In this document: one piece after another, positions 50,540 to 63,830 of the stretch
How the letters are laid out: the number at the start of each line of letters is the position of its first letter
How positions within the stretch are numbered: position 1 is the stretch's first letter
Assembly (NCBI RefSeq): GCF_009834535.1
Contig: NC_045696.1
Span: forward strand, 62,250,001-62,314,000
DNA: 64,000 nucleotides
Origin: Camelus ferus
Taxonomy: Eukaryota
Direction: 5' to 3'
Notes under the pieces: model-generated
Databases searched by the model: none
Seen by the model: only the letters and a program-made list of their open reading frames with translations
What the model was told of the DNA's origin: nothing
Made by a program: the position numbers and the translations under genes

Positions 50540-51577
50540 CATCTCCACAAAGATGTTTAATAAGCATCTCAAAACTAACTGAACTCCCTCCCTCTCACCC
50601 CCAACATGTGCCTCCCCTAATCTTCCTCATTTCCATAAAAGACCTCACCATCTATCCCAAAACAAATGGTTTCGGCTTAAACCAAAAATATAGATTCATC
50701 CTTGATTCCCTCAGCCAATCCATCAGGAAGATCTTTTGATTCTACCGTCATGAGATATCTCGAATCACCTCCATTGCCACCCTTTTCTTCCAGGTCACCA
50801 TCATCCATTTGAACAACCTACATAGCTCTATCCACAGCCACTCTGGCTCCACGACAATTCCTTTCCCCATACAACATCCCAAGGCCCTGTATGATCTGGT
50901 TCCAGCCCACCTACCCCACAATAGACCTCTCTTCCTTGAAGTAAGAACTAAAGTGATACAAGACCCTGTTTAATCCCTTTAGTACCTGAATCTGCCGTTT
51001 TCATATTTATTCACCTATGTTTATTGTCATGACTTCTTCATCAAAATATAAGTTCTATGTCTTAGTCTCTGCTAGATGCCCAATATGTCAATGTATTAGT
51101 TTCCTAAGGCTGCCATAACAAAGTACCACAAAGTAAGTGGCTTAAAACAACAGAAGTGTATTATCTCACAGTTCTGGAGGCTGGATATCCAAAACCAAGG
51201 TCTTGGTAGGGCCATGCTCCCTCCAAAACCCCTAGGACAGGAACTTTCCTTGTCTCTTCTAGCTTCCAGATGCCATTGTCTGTGGCAGCATAACTCCAAT
51301 CTCTGCCTCCGTTTTTACATGGCACCCCTCCCTCTGGGTCTGTCTGTTTCTCTTCTCTTCTTATAAGGACACCAGTCATGTTGGAGTAGGGCTCACCTTC
51401 CTTTAGGATGACCTCATCTTAACTTGATTATATTTACAGACTTGATTTCCAAATAAGGTCACTTTCACAGATACTAGGGGCTAGGACTTCAGCATATCTT
51501 TTTTGAGGGGCACAATTCAACCCATCACAGCCTGGCACAGTAGATGCTCAGGAAATATTTGGGGGATGAATGAATAT
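50540..51577 (+). mobile_element. L2 fragment split by an MLT1C LTR
   Basis: 'gatgtttaataagcatctcaaa...ttcatccttgattcc' and tail 'gcctggcacagtagatgctcaggaaatattt...gaatgaat' after the LTR. Confidence 0.75.
51092..51529 (-). mobile_element. MLT1C-like MaLR solo LTR
   Basis: tg...ca termini; 'tgtattagtttcctaaggctgccataacaaagtaccacaaa...ggtagggccatgctccctcc...cacaattcaacccatcaca'. Confidence 0.9.
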
Positions 51578-53034
51578 TTTCAACTGGAGTCAGTGGAATA
51601 GTAGTGTGCTGATTTCCAGAGCAATAGCTTCGAGGGCCTTGGGGTGACCCATAAGTAGCAGGAAGCCTGTAACTCTATAATGCCACAGCATCCACTAGAA
51701 AGAGAACATTCAGATAAATGGGTTATTTGGTATTACACAATTTTTAAAATCTTAGATACTGACTTTAGTTTTTTTCCCCCCACTGATTTCAATAAGCTGG
51801 CCAAGTCAGCCTGCAGTTTAGAAATGCTTCTACGTGCATCTGTCTTCAGCTCCTCGCAGAGGAGTGAGCACACGTAGTGGCTGAGAGGGCAGGAGCTCTG
51901 AGGGAGGACGTGGCTTGCCGAGGATAATGGCAGGGCCAGGATGGGGTCCAGGCCAGTCCACCTCCTTGGACCAGTGCCTCTGAAGGCAGCCACTGTGTTG
52001 GTTTCACAGGCATGGGTCAAGGTTAGACAGTGTTTATGTGGAGCTACATGTTAAATGCTTGAGAATGAGGAAGAGGACAAGATGGAAGGAACTTTGCTCA
52101 GCTTTAAAAGAATCTAGCCAGGGCCTGAATGTTCAAAAATGAGACTGATTCTGTACAATTTCATTTTTAAAAAACCCTCTATTTTAGAGTAACATCTTTT
52201 GAGATCATAGCATCATAGTATTTTAAAGCTGGAAGAAAGACACTGTATTAGGTTCTGGGAAGAGGCCTTTGTCCTCAAAAAGGATGAAATCTCAGGAGTG
52301 GGGTTAAGCCTCAAATGGCTCTAAGACCAAAGCAGAACGTCCTAAGAGTGTCACCAAAGGTTCTAGAGGGACACAGTGAGTCTCTCTCACTGTGACTCTT
52401 AAGGAAACTTCATAGGGGAGGGGAGATCCGCTTGATCCAGGTCTATAGGGAAAAAATGCAAGTTTCACAGGGCAGAAATACATTCTGAGAAGAGGGACTA
52501 GCTTGAGCTAAGGAGTTTTGAAATGATTGGGTGTGTTAGTAATATAGGGAGCACTGAAGGATTATGACCAAAAAGTGAGTTGGGCCAATCAGCTTATTCT
52601 GCACGGGGACCCTTCAGTGGGAATACTGCTGGCTTCAGGTTCCAGCTCCAGCTCACTGATCCTCCAAGAGACCTCTCCCTGTGCCTCTAGGCCTGTCTCC
52701 TCATCTATAAATAAGAGAGTTTTCCAGAGATATTAAGTAAGGCTGCAAGTTCTATAAAGATGCTGCTTTGATAGGCTTTCTCATTGAGCTGCCTGAATTT
52801 TAAGAATGGTTTTTATGTTTTAAAAATGTTTAAAAGCCACTGGTCTCAATAATTGAGTTTCCTGCAACTGTGTAATTCTATTTCTTTACGCTGCAGGCTT
52901 CAGAGTGCCTCTGGTTTGTTATTCAAATGAAGCATGACTCATTTAGGATTTACCAGGTCCCTCTGAATTGTCTACAGCTGTAATAAGTCATTTGACCTGT
53001 TTCCAGTGGAAAATCCATTTTTATTTATATCCTT

Positions 53035-53310
53035 AGGAGAAAGAGCCTGGTGTAGCTGAAGAGTCCTGAGTAGCCAGTCAGCAGATCTGGCTCCATGCTG
53101 TAATAACTAATATCATCCACAAAGCAGTATAAATAAAACAATGAATATCTGTTGAATAAATACTAACTAGTGACACCATCTTGAACAAGTCTCCTTGCCC
53201 CTCTAACTCTTGCTTTTACCATCTCTAAAATAGGAGAAAGCCTGCTGGCCTGCCTCACAGCAATTTTATGAGGCTTAAATGAGAGAATAGACACAAAAGC
53301 TCTTTACAAA
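53035..53310 (+). mobile_element. MIR SINE with a short internal insertion
   Basis: 'gcctggtgtagctgaaga...ttgaacaagtc...catctctaaaataggaga...gcctcacagcaattttatgaggcttaaatgag'. Confidence 0.6.
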
Positions 53311-53460
53311 CTATACAGCGCTCCACTGTGTACTGTCCTGGGTGGTGCTGGGGGAGTCAGGACTTGACAGAGCAACTCTTCTGGGTGAGAGCAGAGGGGT
53401 GGTTTTTCTGAGACCTCAGGACTGCTTTTCTCCAACAAGCATTTCTCAGTTTGGTCATAT

Positions 53461-53945
53461 AAAAGAAAAAGACAGGAAGGAAGCAAGGGAGGGAGGGAGG
53501 GAGGGAGGGAGAGAGAGGGAGGGAAAGAGGGAGAGAGAAAGGAAGAAAGGAAGAAAGAAAGAAAGAAAGAAGAAAGAAAGAAAGGAGGAAAGAAGGGAGG
53601 GAAGAAAAAGGAGGCAGGGAGGAAGGAAGAGAGAAGGAGGGAGGGAAGAAGGAAGAAAGAAAGGCAGGGAAGGAAGAAGGAAAAAAGGAGGGAGGGAAGA
53701 AGGAAGAAAGAAAGGCAGGGAAGGAAGAAGGAAAAAAGGAGAGAGGTAGGAAGGAAGAAAGAAGGAAAGAGAGGGAGGGAGGAAGGAAAGAAGAAAGAAA
53801 TAGGGAGGAAGGAAGAAAGAAAGAAGAGGGAGGGAGGAAAAAGAAGGAGGAAGGGAGGAAGGAAGAAAGAAAGAGGGAGGGAGGGAGGAAGGAAGGAAGA
53901 AGGAAGAGTGAAAGAAAGAAAGGAAGGAAGGAAGAAAGAAAGATA
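53461..53945. repeat. Polypurine (GGAA/GAAA/GGGA) low-complexity tract with an internal 51-bp tandem duplication
   Basis: About 485 bp, almost purely A/G; 53634-53684 is repeated at 53685-53735. Confidence 0.97.
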
Positions 53946-54210
53946 GAAATGTGCTACACACTTTAGATGTTTCACTTCACTCCAAATCCCAGCACGCTTT
54001 CTCAGCCACAAGGTAACTGAAACTAAGACTTGTGATGAAAAACTGGTAGAGTCCTAGGGGAAGATGGCTTGACCAAGACAAATCATCAAGGAAGACAGAA
54101 GTCTAGCTTCCAAAGAAATTTATCAGTTCTTTGCATTATTTGTGAGTTCAAGATGCGGCTTATTTGTGTATCTATTTATTTTTACCTATCATTTTAGGTC
54201 TTTAAGTGTA

Positions 54211-54559
54211 TTTTTTTTAATTGAAGTATAGTTGTTGTCCAGTATTATACAAGTTACAGGTGTACAATATGGTGATTCACAATTATTAAAGGTTATACTC
54301 TATTTATAGTTACTATAAAATATTGAGTATATTCCCCCTGTTGTGAAATACATCCTTGTAGTTTATTTTATACCTAATAGTTTATATTTCTTACTCCCCT
54401 GTCCCTGCATTGCCCCTCCCCCTCCCCTCTCCCCACTGGTAACCGTTAGTTTGTTCTCTGTATTTGTGAGTCTGCCTCTTTTTTGTTCTATTCACTAGTT
54501 TGTTGTATTTTTTAGATTCCACATATAAGTGATGTCACACAGTATTTGTCTTTCTCTGA
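54211..54559 (-). mobile_element. L1 3' end
   Basis: 'ttttttaattgaagtatagttg...ccactggtaaccgttagtttgttctctgtatttgtgagtctg...tagattccacatataagtga'. Confidence 0.92.
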
Positions 54560-56604
54560 GGGCTTTTTCAGTTATTGTTGAATTCCTAATCAAAGTCACA
54601 TCATTAGGCCAATGAATGGACACAATTTCTCCCACAGTTTAAGGAAGCACTGATTCCACTGAACTTATTCACTGACAATTCATCTATTTACCAATACTGA
54701 ACCAATGACACCTGGACTTCTCTAGCCCAAACCATCTCCACAGGTTTCTTTGACCCTGCATTGCTAGAGATAGTTCTCAGATGATTCAAACATGCTAGCC
54801 TCCTCAATCAAGGGGGACTGAAATATCAAGAGACTGCAGTCTGAACTAGGCTGTCACACTGGAATGCCAGAAAGAATGCCTTTGCCCAGCCACATTCCAT
54901 GGCTCCCCATCTTGCAGAGCCTGCATCCCTTAACCTGGTGGAAGGTCTCCCCAGTCCAGCCCCATTCTGGAGGCAGTAAGGTCTGCTGGTGGAAGCCCTG
55001 AGCTGAGGAGAGGGGACAGATCTCAGTCTTACCTGCCTCAGCCCCTGATAGCCAATAAGCACGTCCTTCTTTGCCTCAGTCCAATAAGAAGATTGAACTA
55101 GTCCAGCTGGAAAGCTCCATTCCTTTTCTGGGGGCTAACCCTGGAGTAAAAGGGAAGCTGAGAGGACAGAGCAGTTCTGCTTTTAGCAGGTTGATACCTG
55201 AGTAAGTTTTTGTTGGGTGAAGAATTCTGCTGCTAAAAAATGCTTGAAAAACACTGGCCCTCACCCCATGACTCTGAGGCTGCCCCAACAACATTCCTTC
55301 CCACACCCCTGCAAGAAGCCCCGCATACTCTTGCTGCAGTGACTTTACTCAAAGCCCCTATCCCGATGTGTAATACTTGGGCTCCAATTCCAGCCTCACC
55401 TCCTCCAAGAAGCCAACTCACTTGCGAGGATCTCTGCTTCTTCTGAACCACCCACTGGGTGTACCTAGAGCTGTGCTGGCCTTGGAGTGCCTCGTGCTGA
55501 GTGTCTCAAGTGTACTCCACTTGCCAACAAGATCTTATGACCCCTGGAGGCAAGGACCAAGCTCTGGGTTCGGCATCAACCCTGGAACACAAGGGATATC
55601 TTGTGAGTTTCTCTGGATACTGAAGGTGACATCACTGACAGGGCCTTCAGGCTGAAGGCTGCCTAGAAGGGGGTCACTTCCAACCCTGGGCCTCTCCTCA
55701 CCCACAAAGTAGGTGCCAGTGCAAGGGGCAGAGACAAGGAGATTCCTAGGGCTGGCAGAACATGAAGCCAGTCTGAGAAAATACAGAGCGATCTGCCAAC
55801 TCAGCTCCTTTAATAGCTCCCCTTCTCCTGCCCCTACTCCCGCCCCCCGCTCCCAGTCCTGACATGCCTTGGGTGAGGCTGCTGCCACCTTATAAACAGA
55901 ATCTGCAGCTGCACCATATTTCCTCGGAGACTTGCTCTGGCTCCGTTTCTTCCTCTCCATCTGAGCCTAATCCATCACCACCCCTGCCTCTAATCCATCT
56001 CCACCCCTGATAGTGGGTGAGTTTGGGAAAGTCCCTTCTGATCTCTGGATCTTGGTTTCTGAGGTCTTGCCTCACTGACTTTTCCAGAATTCTGCCACCC
56101 CTTTGCCTGGATGCCTTGCTAGGCTGTATCCTGCCTGCGCCCTGGGGTGCACCCTGGGGCCCTTGCTCTTGGACCTCCTTTGGCTCCAGCCCTGGGTCCT
56201 GCCTAGCCAGAGATAACAGCTTAAGTTGACAGCTCAGGCCTACCCCCTCCAGCAGGGGAGCTGGGACAAAGGCAGGCTTGGCTTCTCCGATAAAGTTCAT
56301 GTCACAGACCAGGGGAGCACCCTACTGTGGAATAGCAGATGCCTTGGGATCTGGTATCAGTGATACTTTCTGGGCAACAGAGTAGCCAGCCTGACTTGCT
56401 TAGGGTACTGACTAGAGCTTGCAATGCTGAGAGGGAGAGAGGCTTGTGGGGGAGGCCCAGCTCTGCCACTAAGGCCTGTGTGACCTTGAGCAAGTCCCCT
56501 TCCCTTCCTCCCTCCCTCCCTTTCTCCCTTTCACAAACATTTATTGAGCATCTTGCAATGGCCAAGCCCTTTGCTAGGCTTTGAGGCTTCAAAAATATAG
56601 TCCT

Positions 56605-57600
56605 TGACAAGGGCTTAATTTCCAAAATATACAAACAACTCAACAACAACAAAACAAACCACCCAATCAAAAAATGAGCCAAACACATTTCTCCAAAGAA
56701 GACATACAAATGGCCAATAGGTACATGAAAAAAATGCTCAATATCACTAATTATCAGAGAAATGCAAATCAAAACTACAATGAGGCATCACCTCACACAG
56801 TCAGAATGGCCATCATTAAAAAGTCCACAAACAATAAATGCTGGAGAGGATGTGGAGAAAAGTGAATCCTCCTACACTGTTGGTGGGAATGTTAACTGGT
56901 GCAGCCACTGTGGAGAACAGTATGGAGGTTCCTTAAAAAACTAAAAATAGACTTAACATATGATACAGCAATCCCACTCCTGGGCATATATCTGGAGAAA
57001 ACTCTCATTTAAAAAGACACATGCTTCCCAGTGTTCACAGCAGCACTATTTACAATAGCCAAGACACAGAAACAACCTTAATGTCCCTTGATGACTGGAT
57101 AAAGAAGATGTTGTATATATCTATACAAGGGAATACTTCAGGGCCATAAAAAAGAATGAAATAATGCCATTTGCAGTAACATGGATGGACCTAGAGATTA
57201 TTATATTAAGTGAAGTAAGTCAGACAGAGAACAAATACCAAAAGATACCACTTACATGTAGAATCTAAAAAATGACACAAATGAACTTATTTACAAAACA
57301 GAGACAAATTCACAGGCATAGAAAACAAACTTATGGTTACCAAAGGGGAAAGTAGGGGTAGAGGGGATGGATAAATTAAGAGTTTGGGATTAGCAGATGT
57401 AAACTACTATACATAAAATAAATAAACAGCAAGGTCCTACTGATGGCACAGGGAACTATATTCAATAACTTGTAATAACCTACAATGGAAAAGAATATAT
57501 ATGTATAACTGAATCACTATGCTGTACACCAGAAACTAGCACAACATGGTGAATCAACTATACTTCAATAAAAAAGAGGAATATTACCAAAAAAACCCAT
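56605..57600 (+). mobile_element. 5'-truncated L1 with complete 3' UTR, inserted in an antisense L2
   Basis: Frameshifted ORF2 C-terminus ([42 protein letters not shown]), aataaa at 57567; TSD atatagtcct (56595) / atacagtcct (57611). Confidence 0.95.
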
Positions 57601-58831
57601 ATATATATATATACAGTCCTGATCCTCGAGATTCTTGTAATCTAATTGCAGAAGCAGAAATGTGGACAAATTAATATTTTCCTCCCTGGGGCTCAGTTTT
57701 CTTATTCATAGAATGAAGGAGTTCCAGCCTTGAAACTCTTGTAATTCTCTCATCATGTTAGACCATCTGTTCCCACCAGTCTGGTGAAGTGTTAGGTCAC
57801 AGTCAGCGGGTCATCCACCGGGAAGAGTTAGCTAGTAATAAATGGTAACTTGGATTGCACTGAGGGCAGTCTGCAGCGTGGTTCATTGTGGCCAACAGAT
57901 TGCTGTGGTCTGGTTCTTGCTCTCCAAATTTCCATTCTCTCAGCTAATACAGCTGAAACTGTCAAGATTATTTTCGGCATGTCCAGGGGATCCAAGAGGG
58001 ATCAGATGAAAGATAGATTATACCGAGAATGTCAGAGCTGGCACCAAACTCAAGATCCTTCTGATTAGTTGGTCCAGACTACCTGCAGGCCCACCAGGTA
58101 CTTCCCTTCTTTGGTTAGGAACTGAGGAATATGAAATACAGGTCTGGGCATCTAAGAAGCTATCAGGTTGAAATTGTTTCACAGGATTTCCCAGGACAAT
58201 GCATTAGGTGCATTAACTAATGTTATTCTGACTGGTGGCAAATCTCAGATGTTAGTTGCAGAGTTCCTTTCTTTCACATCCTCATCGTTCTCTCTCACAC
58301 ACACACTACACAGCAACCATCCTCCCTCTTCTCTGTTTCTCAAGTTGAAACCTAGCAAAAGGCAAGGAAGATACCCAGGCTATTCAGCTCATCCAAGATG
58401 TCTTCACAATCCAATAGAGGGCCTTCAGCCCAGATGAAAATCAGTGGAATAATGATCCTGTCTTGGGAACCAGTGACATCCTACCAAGTCTATGTTTATG
58501 CAGCAGTCTTGGTCACTTGTCTTTCTTTTTTTCCCCCTAGTTGTCTCTTCTTGATATCTTCTAGAACTTGGATTTCAGAGTCTTTGCCTTACATTTGCAA
58601 AATATTCAGGGAAAGTGGTCCTAGACAGTCCCAGCTCCCATGAGCTGGAAGATCTACTTCCCTGGCTCAAAAGAACACACCTGTCTGGTTCTCAGCAGTG
58701 CAGGGGCTGCTAGAGCACTTCTCACTGCATTGTTCAGCTGGAGCATCAGGCCTGAGAGAGGGGCATGGCTGGGCAAACTTCAGGGGCAGCTGTGGAACTA
58801 TCAAAAGGTTTGTGATGAAAAATGGATCTAA

Positions 58832-58917
58832 GGGGGCAGGTATAGCTCAGTGGTAGGGTCCCTGCTTAGCAGGCATCAGGTCCTGGGTTCAATCTCAGTA
58901 CCTCCATTAAAAAAAAC
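58832..58917 (+). mobile_element. Vic-1-type SINE, short-tail form
   Basis: 'ggtatagctcagtggtagggtccctgcttagcaggcatcaggtcctgggttcaatctcagtacctccattaaaaaaaa'; flanks share 'ggatct'. Confidence 0.88.
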
Positions 58918-60487
58918 AAGAGGATCTGCAGGCTTCCATCACTTAAATGTGCAGTGTGGATGCTGCCCATTCTATCCAAGAGAGGTCTATATTAGCTTCT
59001 TCCCTGGAAGAGTCCAGAGGTGAGAGGGCTCATGAAAGCTGGTTGGACAGAGTTGTCTTTACCCAGCTGAATACAGCCCTGGTCACAGGGAGTCAAGGAA
59101 GCCTCCACTGTCACCTCTGACAGGCTGATATCAAAGAATCCAGCTTGACCAATAGAATATCTCAGTCTTCTATTTGTTTGACTTTCCTTTTAGCTTTGGA
59201 AGCAACTCTCATCTTCACTGCCCTGCTGTTTGGCAGAACAGCTTTTGATTAGGCATAGAACAATATCTGGCAGTTTCTTCCTGAAATCGCTGGATGAACA
59301 CGGAGGCTAATACTGAAGTGTTGCGCTGAGACACTCTGGAGTCCTGCATGGGTCACGGCTGCTGAGAGAGTGACTCATAGAGGAAGCCCAGGCCTGCCTG
59401 GGAAGCAGGAAGGGTAGCATTTAGGGATTGATGTGCCCTGGACCATGACAGACAGAGGCAGATGGGATGCGGGCCACAGGATATTGCATCACTCTGGGGG
59501 TGACCTGGACAGTGCCAAAGGCAGACAAGATGCCAGGATGACCACCGTTATTCTGTCTGACGGGTCTGTAAAGCCTTGTCTCTTGCCATTTCCTTAAAAG
59601 AAACCTCTTCTGAATTGTCTGTGATTTTAGTTAGGCTCTAGCCAAGCTTTCTTTTAAAAGTAGGACACATTACCTAGTTATTGAATTACCAAGCTTTGTC
59701 AACATCAATATCATCATTATCAAAATATGAGCCAGGTGTTCGTCTGAGCAGATCTCTGCATAGGGCAATTTAAATGAATAAGCACACTTTCTTCTCATCT
59801 TTGGGAATTTAACTGAGAAGCAAAAAACAAAACTGGTGTGGATAAAAATGTAAAAAGATATGCAGACATGCACCATGTGCACAAAATCTGAGCACACAAC
59901 ATCACGAAGGACTAAGAGGCAAGGGTGCCTAATTCTCAGTTATATCTGTATCCACCGATGGCATGACAGCCCGCTGATGGCTCTCAGTCTGGGCTGCTGG
60001 AGAGAGAAGAGTGAATTTGAAGGGTCATTGCAAACCCTTCTGAGTCAAAATGACCCAGACTCAGAGCCCTTTAAGACAAAGACCATGTCTTATTTATATT
60101 TGAATCCTCACCATCCCACACAGGGCCCAGATGTAGTTTGATTATAAGAACTATTATTTCACTGTTGTTATCTCTATTGTGAATGTCCGTATGTCACTTA
60201 CTAACTATCCCATTAGATGAGACTGTTATAATGAGAGTTCATGTCCACACGCATCTTCAACGTGCTTAATTTTGTGGGAAGTCCAACATATCCCAGTTCT
60301 GGAAGCTCTTTTCCCAGAATTCCATAAGCTGGAACAACTATCTATGAACACCATATATTAAGAGATTTGTTAAGAACACCATTGTATTGCTGATACCATG
60401 AAATGGGTGCACTGGAAAAACGAAATTGTGTTTTGATCAAATAATTAAATATATGTATAGAGCAGAATGGGGTTTTATATCCCTCTC

Positions 60488-60804
60488 ACCCATAGTCCAT
60501 TTGGGCTGATATAACAAAATACCATAGACAGGGTAGTTTATAAACAGCAGAAATTTATTGCTCACTGTTCTGGAGGTTGAAAGTCCAAGATCAGGGTGCC
60601 AGCATGGTCTGGGGATCCACACATGGCAGGAGGGACTAGAGAGCTGTGTGGGGTTTCTCTTATAAAAGCACTCATCCCATTCATAAGGGCACCAACCTCA
60701 TGGTCTAATCATGTCCCAAAGGCTCTACCCCCTAATACATAACCTGTGGGGGTTAGGATTTCAATCTATGAATATGAGGAAAGACAAACATTCAGCCCAT
60801 ACAA
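60488..60804 (-). mobile_element. MLT1A-like MaLR solo LTR
   Basis: 'tagtccatttgggctgatataacaaaataccatagac...aaatttattgctcactgttctggagg...acaaacattcagcccata'; flanked by ctctc on both sides. Confidence 0.88.
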
Positions 60805-61441
60805 ACTCTCACCTCTCTCCCCTGTCTTTTCCTGGGGCCTGACAAACCAAAGTCAGAACAATCCAAGGGGGAGGGAGAGCAGAAAGTCCCTAAGCATCAA
60901 TACACAGGTGGTACACCAAGCTATCAGCTTGGTCAGGAGTGAGCTCAGCTCACCTTACAGAACCCAATGTCCTGTTTCTCCTACCAGCCTCCACCCAAGT
61001 CCCAGCCCAGGCAGAGGGGAACCCAAACTGCCTGCCCCATCTTGGAGGCTGAGGATGCAAGGCAGGACCTGGGAGTAGGAGCTGCGGGTTGAGAAAGTCT
61101 AAAGAGGCAGGATTGGGGGTGAGGGGGTGCTGAAAGGAGAGAAAAGTAAATGGGAGGGGCCCTCCGGCCTAGCCCAAAGGACCCAGGGCTGAGGAGGGCC
61201 CAGGTATTCCCCCAGCTGGAGTAGAAGAGCCACTCCCGATTGATTTGGAAGCTACAACTCACACTCGAGGGGCTGTTCTCTACATTCTTCTGGATTCCAT
61301 GGCACACAGAGAGGCTAAAATTGTGTAAGAAACTGAAAACTGCTCTTCCCTACCACTCTTCAGGGAGAAGCTCTGAATTTGTTTTATATGCATTTTTTTC
61401 CTTTTCTTTCATAAAATAAAAGGAATTGTACTATCATCAGG

Positions 61442-61465
61442 TTTTTTTTTTTTTTTTTTTTTTTT
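61442..61465. repeat. Poly(T) tract
   Basis: Direct observation. Confidence 0.95.
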
Positions 61466-61476
61466 AAGTTAGTGCT

Positions 61477-61565
61477 GGAGAGAGCTCAGCAGTAGAGTAT
61501 ATGCTCAGCATGCACAAGGTCCTGGGTTCAATCCCCAGTACCTCCATTAAAAAAATTAATTTAAA
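61477..61565 (+). mobile_element. Vic-1-type SINE, short-tail form
   Basis: 'agctcagcagtagagtatatgctcagcatgcacaaggtcctgggttcaatccccagtacctccattaaaaaaa'. Confidence 0.88.
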
Positions 61566-62844
61566 AGAAGTAAACTTGGTTCCCAACCTCCTTAGCTTTA
61601 TCTGGGTCTGACGGGAGCCAGCTAATCACTAAGACCTCCCATACAAGCAGGGTGGAGCTTTCTAAATGGACATTTGTGAAGCCCTGGGTACTGGCTGGGC
61701 TGGGCAGGGTCAGAGAAATGCAAAGCATCCCAGGCATTAGCCCTGGAATTTACTCCCAACCTCACCTCTGCCCACAGCAAAACCCTACCCCCACCCCCCT
61801 GCCCCAAGGCCTCAGTCTTCTCTACTTGGAGCTGAAGTTACCCCTGTTGGCCCAGATGGAGGGAGGGAAGAGGCTCTGGTCAGAGGGAATGCCTAATGAG
61901 TCATCACGTAGTAGGAACAGGCAGAATTGGAGCAGCAGAGTCTGCTGGTCAGGTTCAAAAAAAGGTGTTTCCAGTTTTGTGAGTTCAGTGGACAGGCAAG
62001 CAGGATGAGAGCCCGTGGCCAGTGGATATAAAACTCCTGGAAATTCTGCTTCTTGAACCCTGGGGCAGGCTCAAGAGTAGCCGGAAGGGCACGGACTGGA
62101 GCTATCATCTCCTTAGTGTAGCAATCGGGCCTGACACCCTCAGTGGAGTCAAGATACAAAGGAGGGATGTTGAATGAGGGATTAAGGATTAAAATAGGTC
62201 TAGGGGGCTGTTCTAGCCCAAGGAGCAAAACCAAGTGAGAAAAAAATATACCTCGATTGACAGCATATTCCAACAAATTCCAAGGAGAGGGGGCATGGGG
62301 GTTGGGGACCTTTACCATCAGCAGCTCCTTTTGCAAACCTGAGGTGACTCACTAACTGGAATGGGGTGGGGACAGGAGAACTACATGATGGCAACTTGGT
62401 TAGTGCGTTACATTTTACAAAGCATGGTCACAACAAACATACCACTGAATGGGACAGCAGTCCCAGGAAGCAGTGTCATCATCACACTGCACCTATTTTA
62501 CAGATGGTAAAACTGAGACAGGTACTAGCACTTGCTGCAGTGGTGTTCCTCAAAGCCAGGGCAGAGGACCCTTGGTTATGCACAAGCTGAATCAGTGCTA
62601 CTAAACACCTGAAGTAAGACATATTGACTTCAACAGGCATGCAACTGTTGCACAGAGCCTTTAAAAATACAACTAAAGCCATCAAAACTGTGATTTCAAG
62701 GAAACTTGCTTAGAAGGAGGCTATGTTTTAAAAGCAAGTTTATTTAAAGTTTGTTTAAATAAAGTATTAAATAAATAATATGATGTATGATACTTGGTTT
62801 TGATTTTTTAAAAGTGAAGGTAGGAAACCAAGTACTGATGGTGA

Positions 62845-63000
62845 TGATGATGACAGCAACCCGCTTTATAACACTTACTATGTGCCAAAAGCTTTACACA
62901 TGCTCAATCATGTATTATCATGACAGCTCTGTGGAGTTGAACCTCACAATTATTAGCCTCATTTTACACAGAGGCCAGGGGGAGACCCTGGAAGGCACAG
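62845..63000 (-). mobile_element. MIR fragment
   Basis: 'acacttactatgtgccaa...attagcctcattttacacagagg'. Confidence 0.6.
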
Positions 63001-63607
63001 GGTGGAGGACTGCATCTAGGCAGTCAGACCGCAGAGCACAGTTCACCATGCGGCTATGAGAGCACCTGGCTGGGAGCACAGCTGCAGGGGCTTTGAGACA
63101 GCCTCTGGGCTGGGGAGGGGGTCAATGTGCCCTCCTTGCTTCCAAGGCAGAACTGTAAGAGACCGAATCTCATGACAGCGTTACTTCCCGCTGCAAATGA
63201 GGACAAGCCAGTGACAAAAGACCAGCTCCAGAAGGGTGTTTTTTGCACCAGGCAGTGGTTCTGTTGCACAGTTGATGTGAGGGCCTGGGGCAGAATCCTG
63301 GCTAACTCAATTTCAGGCTGGCTTTCCTGCCTGCCTGCTAAACTCTTTCAGATGATTTTGGCCGGATCTGAGAGGCTTTGACAGACAGGTTGTCTTTGCG
63401 TTAGAGGAGAGGAGGGACATCTGGAAAATGCCTGGAGAGAAGAAAGGAGAGATGGTCTGAGTTCAAAGGCTCGCAGGACCAGCGTGGACCAGGAGAGGAA
63501 AGCAGAGGCTGATAGGTCCTAGGAATCCCTCGGCAGAAAGCATAAAAAACAGTTGTGCTTCTTACTTTCACACAGTGGTTAAAAATTTTCCAGCACATCC
63601 TCCAGGT

Positions 63608-63830
63608 CAGCATGGTGTTTAAGAGCAAGAGCTATGGAATCTCAGAGCCACTTCTCATTAGCCAAGTGGCCTTGCCTCTGGCGGTTCCACCTCTCTGGGC
63701 CTCAGTCTCTCCACCTGTAAAATGGGAACATTAAAAGTGCTTCTCCTGGAGGGTACTGTGAAGATTAAGTGAGATAGTCTGAGCAGAGTCAAGTGCTCAA
63801 CCCTGTAGTTGTTACTGTTATTATTATTAT
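63608..63830 (+). mobile_element. MIR SINE
   Basis: 'gcatggtgtttaagagc...acctctctgggcctcagtctctccacctgtaaaatgggaac...tgtgaagattaagtgaga'. Confidence 0.82.

Noticed and set aside
53304..54011. Long ORFs (235, 168 and 135 aa)
   Set aside because: These are translations of the polypurine low-complexity tract, which lacks stops by composition.
55535..55960. 141-aa minus-strand ORF MERKKRSQSKSPRK
   Set aside because: No recognisable homology, and the only plausible donor (aag|gtggca) is weak.
5912..62352. Scattered isolated TGA(G/C)TCA AP-1 heptamers and CTCF-like matches (e.g. ccagcaggtggaag near 17460)
   Set aside because: Frequency is close to chance for 64 kb and there is no supporting context, except the cluster at 49.9 kb.
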